NCBI RefSeq assembly: GCF_006345805.1
Contig: NW_021833026.1
Location: forward strand, 310,001-374,000
From: Octopus sinensis
Lineage: Eukaryota
DNA: 64,000 bases
Direction of reading: 5' to 3'
The position numbers and the translations under genes were made by a program. The notes below the pieces were generated by a model. It was not told where the DNA came from, made no database searches, and was given only the letters and a program-made list of their open reading frames with translations. The stretch's first letter is position 1; the number at the start of each line of letters is the position of its first letter. This document shows positions 50,591 to 62,890 of the stretch, piece after piece.

Positions 50591-51578
50591 ACCCCTCGAC
50601 AAAAAAAATGATTCAAAATTCATATTTAGTTTTTCTTTGAAAATTTTATAAATATTCTAATTTCAAAAAATTTAGTAGATTAGTTGTAATTATTATTTAA
50701 TTTTAATAAAATATTTGTTAATTACATTAATTCGGAAAAATTAAAAGCATGACACACAATATGTTAGTATACGTCAGTGACAAAAAAAATGATTCAAAAT
50801 TAACCCATTCCTAATTAATATCTGGTATGCTCTCCTTTTGCCGTAAAAATTTCCCGAATGAAGTTTGCCTTGAAGATTATCAAGGCTTGTTGGCTTTCGA
50901 CGACGATTCTGTAACCTCTAATTTGATAAAAATAGGACGAGATTTTGAGTAACAATTACACAATAGACAATGTGATGGAAGATAGTCTTAATCCAATGAA
51001 TGTTCTGCAAAAAGAACAGGAGGAGGCAAGAATAAATACTCTTCAAGCAGCTTTAAAAATGTCTCAAAAAAGAAAATGGCCAAACGACGAGGAATTCCTT
51101 GCAATCGGCGATCATGTTGTAGTTAGACATGATAATGATGGCAATCCGGCCCACCGTCATTTACCTTTGTATGACGATATCGACACAGTTAGTATAAATA
51201 GACTTTTTTGATTTTTAAATTAAAAAATAATAATTGTTATGTTGCTCATAATATGATTACAGTTAGTATAAATAATATTTTGATAAAACGCAAATTATAA
51301 ATTTGAAATTTTCAATTGAAATTAAAAGTTTGTATTTTTAAATTTGATTTTTGCGGTTTAAATTTGAAGTTCTTAATTGTGAATTCAAAGTTCGCAATTC
51401 CCAATTGACTTGAAAGTGGTAAAGTCAAAAGTTTGTTAGCGGAAAATCGCCATCTCGAATATTATCGGAGAGTCCATGATTTCGATGGTGGGCTTTCTGG
51501 GAAGATGACCAGAAAAAAATAATAAAAAAATATATTTTTCTAATTAAAATATATTTTTTTAAATCTAGTTGTTGTTGT

Positions 51579-52170
51579 ATGTTTTCATTCCCTGAAATTT
51601 ATGACTTTCCTCCAATGTTTACGTATTTAACATAAAATAAACTTAACTCAGAATACAAAGGAACATCGACGTGAGGAACAGGCAGTTGGAGTCCTGGGAG
51701 CAGATCATATTGTCATATTGCAGATGCCACTCCCTCTACTTCCTCACCATAAGCCAAGCCAGGGCACTTTTTTCTAACCAGAAAATTCAGCGTAGTCACA
51801 TATTAGCACAAATAGGCCAGTTGACCACCGCAAGCATATCCACTATATTCCAACATCTTGTCAAGACAGGGAGGGCACAATGGAAGGACTCGTCCTGCAC
51901 TTCCTGTTACATTTTCTGGGTAAAGGCCAGAGAATGGGGCGATTTGGTGTATAAATGGGTGACTGGACTTGATGATTCCAGGCCTGTGGAAATGGATTTA
52001 AGGGTTCGGTGTGTACTTTGGTTGAATTGATTGACGGTGAGGACACAGTAAATGAGGATTTCCACGGAATGCCAGAAGACATGATGAGGTTGTGCCTCTT
52101 AGAATTGCAATCGTCCAACTGTGTTGAGTTGTTTCAAGTAGACGGACATTTTGGAGTCAAATTTTTTTGA
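51579..52170 (+). CDS. VPS25: ESCRT-II subunit
   Basis: MFSFPEIYDFPPMFT|IQ..RNRQLESW..ILSYC, LFSNQKIQR, EWGDLVYKW, VCTLVELIDG, GVKFF*. Confidence 0.95.
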
Positions 52171-52769
52171 TTTTTTTAAATTTTATTGAATATTATTATT
52201 TAAGTGCTACCGATAACTATTAGTGACTGGCCCTGTCTTAATATGGATTTATCGTATCAATGGCCAAAGCTTAGGACAGAGAAATCGGTTGGATTTATAT
52301 TTTTAAGCAGGATTTAGTCGGAGTCCTTTGTTTATTTATTATAGAATAGATTATTTACTTTGAGTCGTATTGATGGAGGAGTCTCAGAGATCTTTTCCGA
52401 AGCATATTGAAAGGACTTAGGATTATTATTATTTAACCCAAGAATCACCAACAGTTAATTAGGGTAATTAATTAGGTGATTCCAACAATCCTCAAAATCT
52501 TTCTCAGCTTTTCCCGATGTTGGACTCTGGACCCAACGCAAGTGCGGGACGGGCAGGGAGCAGTTTTTGTGAGGAATTGAATCGGGGTGATGTGCTTCTG
52601 GTTGTTAAAGTCTTTTGGCAGGTGGTCTTGTTGGATGGCTAAGAAACCCTTTCCATCTTTCTTAATAAGTTGGTCATATTCAACAGGATTAAATTATTTT
52701 TGGGAGGAGACCTTCCCTGTAATCAAGATTTTTATTTATTTATTTAAAGACCAAACACGGGTAAGCCAG

Positions 52770-53160
52770 TTATTATTATAATCCCCGTGATCCCCGATTC
52801 AAGTGAGGGAGATCCTACTGAAAGGTTCGATCCTGCCCACATGAACGGCCTGAGATGACGATGTCCCAGGGTCAGAGTTCTAGAAGTCCTTTTTCGGTAG
52901 GCATTAAGTGCCTCCTGAGCGTTGCCATATCCGATTGGAAGTTCCAACTGACATGGTGGACCCCATAACGCCACGCTAAGACCGGAAAGGAAGGTAAGAG
53001 ATCCCCATTTTTCAACTGTGTCGTGCCAGATGTACTCGTTGCCTCACGGGCAGGGGAACGGTAACGAGAATTGACCCCCGGATAAAAACTAGCCTCCTTC
53101 GGAATCGAACTCACGACTGTCCAGATCCATTATCCATAGCTTAGTCTTCAGCCAAGATAA
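52770..53160 (-). mobile_element. tRNA-derived SINE (~390 bp)
   Basis: Minus strand has A-box-like TGGCTGAAGACTAAG, B-box GTTCGATTCC (53101-53110), a GC-richer body and an (ATA)n tail. Confidence 0.6.
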
Positions 53161-54424
53161 ACTTTATTGCCCAAGGAGTAGTTTGGGGTTATATTTAAGA
53201 ATATAGAAGAGGTTTTTTCTAAAATTTGTTGGGTGAGTAGAATAATGCAATGTGGAGTAACTATTCTTACAGTGTCCATTTTTTTGGGGAACATTTTTTG
53301 GCCCTCTAATAATGTATTGCCATTTTTTGATTTGATTAGTTTAAAATTGAGTTTTTTTGTTGAATAATTGTTATACAAAGAGATTTCGAGATCAAAAATT
53401 TGGTATAAATTAAACTAATTTTGCAAATTTTTATGGTCGATGATGTAAAAAAAACTATGCGCACTTTTATATTTTTGGAAAAAATTAAATAAAAACAGTT
53501 ATGCTATAGAAAATAAAATGTTATTAAAAATAAACGTCTCCCAAAACTAATTTGACCCACTGTAACAGCTATTTTGAAATTCAAAATTTTCAATTTGATG
53601 GGTTTATTGAAAGTTCCAGATGTCTTCATCGGCCACACAAAAAAAGAAGGAGACGAGATGGAGTAAATATTTAGTTCAAATTATAAAAGAGGGATCATTG
53701 GAACTGCATGTGTAATCTTGGATTTTTAAATATGCAACACAAATTCAAGAATCACGCCGACAATTCGATGTTTGGCTGTAGATTTGTGTTCCCAAACATT
53801 CAATTTTAGGAAATACTAACATTGAAGACAATCAGCAAGCTTTTAAAAAACAGAAAAACCGTTATCTTGCCAAACGAGTCCGACCGCTTAGATGAGTGTT
53901 ACCGTTGAGTGACCTTTAAGTTTTCAACTATCTTCTTAGCTATTTACCTATCTACCGTCAAATTTTGTTTTTGGAATTTGATTATACAAGTAATAACAAT
54001 CAGGAAAACTTTAATGTCAGAAAATTAAAGGATTTACATTAAACTCGTCATTTTATCAAAAAAGTAAAATAGTAAAACATAGATAAATTAATTAAGTTAG
54101 TATTATTTAATTGATATTAGTCCGACTGTTGTCCCCTGGAGGTTAATCTCCTTCTTTTAGAGGTGGAAGTAACCAACACCACTCCTTGATCCTCTGTCTC
54201 CAAGTTAGTTACGACTCTTTTCCTCTCATTCTCCATATTATCTTCGTACGAATGACTTGCTTCAATTAAGAGGCTACTGGCTGAATTTATCTCCTCATCA
54301 GTGATTCTGATCCCGTGCCGGCTATGTCACGAGCCTAGGTCGTTACCGAGCTTAGGTGATGACATTTCGCTTATTTTTCGATAAAGATTAAAAATTAATA
54401 TATCGCTGGGTTACTGTCGGAGGT

Positions 54425-55770
54425 ATGTATTCAAAGGATTTGAGAAGCTACCCGACGGTTGTTAGGACATTCTTTGAAGAGAACAATCTAGCTATTTTAG
54501 CCGGTGACTTGAACGCAAAAAATATTTCTATGGGTGTGAAGCAACCAATACAGACGGAGAGGTTCTTGAGAGTTTGTCTAGAAATCTCGGTTTTTCGATA
54601 TGGACGTCCGAAGAGCTAAATCACTATCCGGATAGAGACAGACCAGATCGCCTTGGAATTTTTCTCTCCTCAACGTCTATTACTCCACTCTGTGATCGTC
54701 CGACAATCAAGCTGGATGTAGGAAGCGACCACATCCAGCTAAGGATGAAAATAAATCTGACGAAGAACCTGCTTATTGGATATAATCTGTCGAATGTGGA
54801 TTGGCATCTATTTGAGTCCTCCATGCGCTTGGCACTTAATACTACCGTGATCTGTCCTCTTCGGACCATGGAAAGATATCGACGACTTCGATGCCTATCT
54901 AAGGTCATCAATTGTCGAATTCCTGGAAAGATTTACGGAAAAGAGAGTATTGAGAAAGTCATTTCAAGGCTAGAATCTCTAAATCTTGTGAATGGACCTC
55001 TATCCAATTCTATTACCGAAAAAGAGACCCAAGAAGCGATAGCAGGGCTGAAAAACAAAGCCCCTGGATTTGAGTAAATCCCTGTGTTACTTCTTAAGAA
55101 GGGAAAACTCCCTGAAGGAACTAGAAAGGAACTTTCTTAGGCAATACGCAATAAATCTTGCCATGATGCTGTGTGTTTGGATTTATATAAGGCTTTTGAC
55201 TGCGTCTGACACCTGGACTTCTGGAAAAAGTTTTGGAGACTGGTTCAGGTGTGAAAAAACATTCAAATGGCTAGAGTTATCTCAACGAGAGGAAATCTTA
55301 TGTACGGTGCGGAAACCGACTATCGGACAATGTGGATCTCAAAAGAGGTGTCTCTTCGGGTTCTATACTGAGCCCGCTGTTATTCAATCTTTTTCTCGCT
55401 GACATCCCGTTACCTACGGGTCGATCGAGTAATCTCATTCTATACGACAGACATTCTATTGATGTCTCGAGACGGAGTGATCTTTCATTGCAAAGGCTCG
55501 AACCATAGATGCCAGAGGCTCTTATGGAAATCATATCGATACCCAAAGGAAAAGAAGCCTGATCAGATTTCATCTGAATCCAGAGACGTACATCTACATA
55601 TACAAGACATGTGTACAACCGATTCTCACCTACGGATTTGAGGGCTGGTATGACACAAGTGAGAAGGTTTGTCTAATTAATAAACTCGAAAAAACGAGGC
55701 GTTGCACCATTAAGTTGGCCTACGGTCTCGATCTGAAAGAAAAAATTGAACAACTTATTCATAAAAGGTC
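54425..55770 (+). mobile_element. Degraded jockey-like LINE (APE + RT)
   Basis: ILAGDLNAK, GSDH, LKNKAPG, LDLYKAFDCV, YKTCVQPILTYG, with frameshifts and deletions. Confidence 0.8.
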
Positions 55771-55771
55771 A

Positions 55772-56478
55772 ATTTCTGCTCAAAAAGTGCAGTTGTGTAT
55801 ATCTACATACAAATGAGCTGCGAAATGTGGACTTTTGATCGAAATGGGGAATATTACTACGACAAGGCAGTGGAGGGCGTCCTCAAAAAAATATTTGACG
55901 AGTGGAGGAAGCACGAGTGCAACCACACTGTCAATATTATATATTTTTCTCGCATTGTATACAACGCAACTTCTCTTGGTACTATTCTATGAATAAACAA
56001 GTAAAGATGACTTCCCGGAACAAGTCCGTTCATGTATCAGCGTGGATGAGCACGGAACATTCTATGAGGATGTATACTGGTGTGTTGTGATAGTTGTGAC
56101 CCCGAGGCTTATTTTGCGGTCATCGTCCTTCTCGAATTGGAAATCGGCAATGACTACTCTGAGAACCTCTTACGAAACATACGAGGAGTCGGTTCGAGCA
56201 ATCCACGGAGAATATAAAATGCCGGAATTTACCTTTTCTGTTGCTGCCCACGGAAATCTGTTGGAGACTCTCAACATCTCTTTGGACGGTATTTTAAACT
56301 GACAACAAGCCGTATAGCCTTCGACAAGTACTACAACGACCGGAGCTTTGCAAGACTTGGACAAGTCGTGCTTTTCATTACTGCTGGGGCAGGCTATTTT
56401 GAGGTTTCCAAGAAATTTGCTTCCATCGCAATGCAGAAGGCACTCATTCTTGGTTTTAAAGTCAAAATGTATTTTAGG
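55772..56478 (+). pseudogene. DEPDC5: Internal fragment of GATOR1 subunit DEPDC5/Iml1, introns retained
   Basis: SAVVYIYIQMSCEMWTFD.NGEYYYDKAV, CNHTVNIIYFSR, FYEDVY, GNLLETLNISL, FDKYYNDRSF.R.GQ..FITAGAGYFEV; both termini missing. Confidence 0.85.
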
Positions 56479-56705
56479 ATGGATTTGCATGTGCGGAGAA
56501 TTGACACGAATTGCTCTAATAAAGCAATATTCCAGTCTTTTCTAATTGTACTGGAGTTTAATTAGTCTGTTTCTGTAGTGCCAATGTACTGCAAATACAT
56601 AGATATCCGATATAGGGCAGCACGACTTCCTGTCTGAGAGTTCCAGGATTATTAATATGCGTGTTGTGTTTATTTTGTTTAATATTTAACTTATATTGAA
56701 TAATA

Positions 56706-58308
56706 AAATTATTTGAAAAGGCTTAAAAAATTCGACGTTTGGCTGTAGACTTGTATCCCAAACATTCATTTTTTAGGAAATCCTAACATTAAAGATAATC
56801 AGCAAGTTTTCAAAGCCAGATGGTCAGACATTTCCCTTCAATCACGGTAACTAGGTAAAATCCAAAACAAAAAATTATAATTTAATAGTCTCAAGTGACC
56901 TCAATCTAACAATCCTATAGACCAAGGCAATAATCATGAAGACCCCCAAAACCACAGCAGTACTCACCCCTGCCTTTTTACTCCAGCTCATATTCTCCCC
57001 CGCAAGACCAGGCAAGTACACTTCCACTGTCGACGCCTCAGAAGACACTCCAAACTTGACTGCCCTGACTGAAACAGAGCAGTTCCCTTCATATTCTCCA
57101 TAATCCCTCAGTCTGATTAAACTCACATTCCCCGGCAACATCCACTCAGTTGTTTTATGACAAGACTAGTCGATTGTAGTCCATAATTACTTTTATTATT
57201 ATATAATTGGAAATAAAATTGGGATCTTTACTATCCAGGCTGTACTGCCTCACTTTTGAGAGAATGAGTGTCTCATCGTCCAGCAGGGACAGCATTGGAG
57301 GAGAGAGGGCCTCTATAAATGTGCCAGACAGACTACCAATGGTCTCGAAAATATTGTGGATTGTGATATTGCCGTATAAATTCTGGGCAAAACAAGTAAT
57401 ATTATATTTTTCTAGTTTTGTGGGGGTTATAATAACTGTGGCCACACACCTGTCACCCATTGAATAATAATTAGAACAGTTTACCACCACGTTATTCTAT
57501 AATTGATTATTTAAAAATTTACAGGTATTTTATTATCAATTTTCAATTGTAATATAAATTTTCTAGTGGAGGTTGCAGTACAAGTTATGACATTTGGGTA
57601 ATCTTTTTTGAGATTTTTGCTTATAAAATCCATTTTTGGAGATACTAGGGTAGAATTAGAAAAACAACCCACAACGATAAGATTCACGTCAAAAGTCAAA
57701 CTGGGCCCGCCATTAGTTAAAATGAGTAAGTCGTAGTAACCGTCATCCTCCTCGGAAATATTAGTAAACATCAATCCATCAGTACTAACATTGATTTTTA
57801 ATGAATTTTCTAAAATAAATTAATTTTAATTAACCAATAAAAATATCATCTTTAACTAATAAAATATTAAATCCAAGTCCTTCTTGTATGACCACTTTAC
57901 AAGGGATCCACAAGACGGGACAAGGCAAAGTGACGCTTACATCATCACAGCCATATGTCCTCACAGCCTTATCTACACCATATCCCACATGTCTACCATG
58001 GTCGTATAACTGGAACAAATCATATGTAGTCCAGTCAGTACAGTTGTATGTCCCAAACATCTCCTGAGTTACCTTCCCAATGATCATTGTGGCGATTCCG
58101 TTACTTAATTTGTACGAATAGCCTTTCAGGTTGCTTATGTCGGTCCCTTTGAAGTACCAACGTGGTGTTTTTGTGGCAGTGGCCTTGCAGGAGACTGCAA
58201 AACTTTGATTTTCTTTAATCCAGCCCGAATGTTCGAACAATTCAATCATAGATATGCCTACAATCAAATAATAACACTACTCTTAAGATATAGCAACAAA
58301 ATGATCAT
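56706..58308 (-). CDS. Type I membrane Ig-superfamily protein (about three Ig-like domains, FN3-like, TM); 3' end uncertain
   Basis: Signal-like exon MIILLLYLK plus a 23-nt intron; SC..PRWYF..GTYNC; EDDGYY; C..YNITCFAQNLYG; VSVRAVKFG; TM GVSTAVVLGVFMIIALVY. Confidence 0.75.
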
Positions 58309-59200
58309 TTTTATTAAAATTGCGCGAAATTATCTTAAAAGTCTAATTTTGCCGCGTTAATTACGTTTTCTCCATTCAGGCTGATTACAATATAGTAGTC
58401 GACACAGGGTAGAGACAGACTAATTGAGGGAATTTGCTGACTCTAATGACAAAGCTGGGGAGACGTGATTTAACCAATATTAAATAATAAAATTATTTGC
58501 GAGGCCTTAAAAATATTATTGGAATTTAAGAACGAGAATGTATCGATATAAAATCCAATAATTGATGTTTTTAATCATGCAATACTATTAAAAAACATAC
58601 AAATAAATCCACTTAATTAACACTCGAACTGTTTTCAGTATTTAACAGCTTACATAAATTCAATTGGTCCTTAAACACTGTTCGAATATTGAATGACTTT
58701 GTCGATTAAAAACTACTCATTTTTAATTGGCGTGTCAAAAAATGACACGCAACTCGAAAATTCAAAGAAAATTCTTTTTTATATACTATCCAGGCTGGAT
58801 TTATTTTGCCACGCTGGGTTTTGGTTAGTTGTGGTTATCCTATCAGTTCTAAATTTATTCCGTTATCTATTCCACTCAACTTTCCCTCCTACCCCTTTTA
58901 TTCCTTTCTTGCTTCTCTTTTTCTTTTTATCTCATCAATAATTCATTCATTGTTTCTATTCTCATGTCATCTTTTTTTCTTGCCAAACATCCAATTCTCG
59001 TAAGAGGGGCCGTGCTCTTCTTGTTCTCTGTACTTTCACTTATCCTGCACCGGTCTTTCTAGGGCCAGTTCCGCTATGATCCAATGCTGGAAGTGCCTAA
59101 TCTACCCGAGCAGACTAATCTTCCACCCTCAATTCCCGCTTCCATTCCCACTCCCAATAATGTCAAAATAAACAATACTTCAACGAAAAAACAAAGTAAA

Positions 59201-59588
59201 ACGCTGCAAAATTAGACTTTTAAGATAATTTCGGGCAATTTTAACAAAAATGATCATTTTGTTGCTATTTTTTAAAAGTAGTGTTATTACTTAATTGTAG
59301 GCAATGGGACACAAATTTACAGCCAAACTTCGAATTTTTTAAGCCCTTTCAAATAATTTTATTATTCAATATAAGTTAAATATTAAACAAAGTAAACACA
59401 ACACGCACATTAATAATCCTGGAACTCTCAGACCGGAAGTCGTGCTGCCCTATATCGGATATCTAATGTATTTGCAGTACATTGGCACTACAGAGAGAGA
59501 CTAATTAAACTCCATTACAATTAGAAAAGACTGGAATATTGCTTTATTCGAGCAATTCGTGTTAATTCTCCGCACATGCAAATCCTCC
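59201..59588 (+). repeat. Inverted, internally deleted duplicate of the Ig locus
   Basis: 59201-59303 is the reverse complement of ~58255-58358; 59305-59588 is the reverse complement of ~56477-56760, with scattered substitutions. Confidence 0.92.
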
Positions 59589-60204
59589 AGCGGACTGCTG
59601 AACTGAGAACAGAATGCCAGTTTGATATTTCATGTAAGCAATAAGACGATCACTTTTGCTAGTTTGGTACCATCCCTCCGAACCGTTATTATTAGTGGCT
59701 GAGCATATATCTGATAAACGTGTAGAAAATGTTCAATGTTAAGTAAATTTAATGAAATACATCAACACAGATCTACTACAATTAATTCCACAATAAAAGT
59801 GTTATATTCATGTTCAAAATGGATCATTATTTTCAACCAAGAAATCTTTAAATGTGTGGAACCAATGGAAATGATTTTTAAATGGGTCATAAAAGCTACT
59901 ACAATAAAAGCAAATGCACAAATGACGTATACATCAGTGTCACCCTACAAAAGGGTTTGAATTACCTACTTTATTAATTGAATCTTTAGAATAGATTAAA
60001 ACACATATAAATCAATATTTGTCAATAGATTAGCAACTTGGGATACTTTAACTGGCTAAGAGTGTACATATTTTTGGTAAAAATACGTCTTTATTGGGCC
60101 CCCTCAAAAAAGATACAGCTCACAGAAATTTGCTCGAAAGGAAGATGTGTAAAGAAAGCAGGTATTCCAGCCTCCAAATATTTAGCCGTTAGCATAGAAT
60201 CCGA

Positions 60205-60340
60205 TTAGATCTTTAACAATTCCATTTGTAAACTTTTATCTGCATTGAAAGCATCGAAAGCGAATGGTGCTGTAAATAATGAAAATTCCTGTTTAAAAGA
60301 CAAGAAATAATTGAATCTTTTCTTAAAATCCTCCAACAAC
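60205..60340 (-). mobile_element. hAT transposase relic
   Basis: DFKKRF..FSLFTAPF...LQMELL. Confidence 0.5.
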
Positions 60341-60559
60341 AATCTTACTTCCCAATCTGACCAGAGATTGGGCTTCGATCCTTCCATCAATGATCCTTCA
60401 AAAAAGTTTGGTGATTGAACTCAAGAGGCGCGAACCAGATTCCCCGATGATCGCTGAGGTCATGTCCTTGATATGCCCCGGCTCATTTTTTGATCGGGAT
60501 CATTCATACCCCCCAACTCTGTCCACACGAGGAGAAATCTCAACGGATTGGTTGCAACA

Positions 60560-62290
60560 AATATTGAAGAAACTTCTAGGCGTCTTTACACGAAAAAACC
60601 AGAATTATATGGAAATGGAGTTGCAACCTATTTAGAAAATAGTCTTATGAAGAGATCTGAAGATCAACAAGCAGTTTTTCAAGAAACTAAAGTTTCATAT
60701 TCAAAAATCTATGTGGCTACAATATTTAAATACGATGGTAAACATATCAAAGAGAATTTTTCCTGCAAAAGAACAAATATCCAGAAGAAAATCAAAAATT
60801 GTGTTTCCTCTATGTCAAGGAACGAGACTGAGATATCGAAGGCAAAGGAAGTTTGAAGGAAAATAAAAGGCATTGAGAGCCGATCAGAGTACTGAGAGAA
60901 TTTAAACACAGACAACTTCAAATAAAAGACAAAAATGGAAGACGAATTGCATATTCTGTAAAATCAATTGTTTCCACTTTAAGAAACAGCTTGAATCGAA
61001 AGGCAACGGAATTGCAGCATTTAATGGCTACTTCAGGAAATTGGAGATTGAAATAACTCCTGAAGAAGTTCAAAGAGCATTTGCTAAACTCAAAAACAAT
61101 AAAAGTCAAGGATCAAATGGGCTAAGTCCAGAATTACTTAAGCATGCGGACCTCTTCAACGGAATGTTAAAAAAACAACTATCTGTACCTGGAACGAGGG
61201 ATACTGGTCCCTGTACAAAAACTAAACAAATCTAGAGGAAAAGTGAAGAACCTCAAGCCAGTAATCCTTATAAATAGCATACGGAAAGAGCTGGTGATTA
61301 TTACTCCAAAACGAATAAAGCTTTGTACATAACTATTTATATCCGCTTTCCATAGTGGTTTCTGTAAAATAAAAATCGACTTCTGATATTGTTTGGAGCT
61401 ATAGATGACGATGTTCTATTATTCAAAGTTCAAAAATGCGATAAACATTCCGAAATCGATATTTCAAGAGCTTTTGACTCGATAAATCGTCAGAAATTGA
61501 TGAATACCCTTACATAATTCCTTGATGAATCTTCTACTCGGATGATTAGGACACTCTTATCAGAAACCTATCTATCGGTCAGGGTACAAAACAAGTGCTC
61601 TAAGCCATTTGAAAGACCATCGGGAACATCTCAAGGAGATCCGTTTGTCGTATCTGGATTTTGCATTGAGAAACTTAAAACTATACTATGAAGGAAAGAT
61701 CAATGTGGTGGCGTACTCAGATGATGTGGAATGCTCTAAAAAGCCTATTGGAGGTGATGCCAAATACAGGTGTGTAGACTCGAGGTGTGATTCCTTATTG
61801 TAAATGTGAAGAAAACATAATTTACTGAACGAGTCAGACAAAAGTTCAAGTTGGAAGAAGATTGGAGAAAAGCTAAGAAACTTGGATCTCTATTGAGAGA
61901 TGAACAAGACGTATTTGTGCCGAAAACACACGGAAACAGCTAAAACACAAAAGACTTAGAACAAAAACACGGATACGCCGCACGCAGTAAAACCTATCCT
62001 CCTCTATAATGCCGGAACAATGGGACTCTCTAATACGGACAATCTCGATCTAAACTCGTTCCATAAAGACTAACTTCGACGTACTTTACTCTCCAAATAG
62101 CATTCGAAACTCAGCAGTAAAACAGTTTATGTAAGGACATCAAGCAAACCAATCTTTCTCTGAATTAAAGCATACAGGTGCAGGCTATTCCGACACATTC
62201 TAAGGATGGATTTCAAGATACTGGAAAACATCTTCATGGAACATTATTTCGAAACTGACGGCTCTCGTTTCCGTAGACGTCCTTGTTTCT
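60560..62290 (+). mobile_element. Heavily degraded RTE-like LINE
   Basis: LKNNKSQGSNGLSPELLK, IDISRAFDSINR, GTSQGD, AYSDD, RLFRHILRM. Confidence 0.75.
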
Positions 62291-62890
62291 TACCAGAACT
62301 GGGGAAGTTTCCGTTTACTCTTCTGTGTTACTGACACACAATCCTCTTTCTACTTCTCCTAAACCAGAATGACAGAGCGGGATACCTCATTGGTGGCGAT
62401 TTTGCTGGTGACTCGGTCCTTGCTTCTTTTTATTGATGAAAAAGGAGAGATTCCAGTTTCCCTATCTAGACATGATCTTTTCCAATCTCAAGGGGAATAA
62501 AAAGCGGCTCCTAGTAAAGATAAAAAATCTATTCATCTTGGAATAAACTCAGGCAACCCTTAAAAAGATGAGTGTAGCAAGAAAACCTGACCAAGTCGAA
62601 ACATGAAACAATTTCTTAAAGAGGAAATTGAAAAAATGCAGAAAGAGTTAGAAGGAATTTCTGATTCTCAAAAGCGGAGTGAGTTCAAAGATCATCTCAC
62701 TTGGTTGCGCCATCACGTTAACAGCTTAAAAGAGTTAGAGGACATAGAATCTATTCAGGAAAATTATAAATGGGTGGCCAAGAGCCTACATCACAATTTA
62801 AAACTCAAATCTCTCTTTAGGCATAAGCCATAAGGTCAGTGCGGTCTTTATTAATCAGCGGACACTTTTTAGAGTCCTCTGGAATTGTGA

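Noticed and set aside
51360-51515. Possible structured ncRNA upstream of VPS25
   Set aside because: No snRNA, snoRNA, SRP or RNase P signature could be matched by eye; an Infernal/Rfam scan would decide.
53095-53160. Functional tRNA gene
   Set aside because: A B box is present but there is no convincing cloverleaf; it continues into a SINE-like body.
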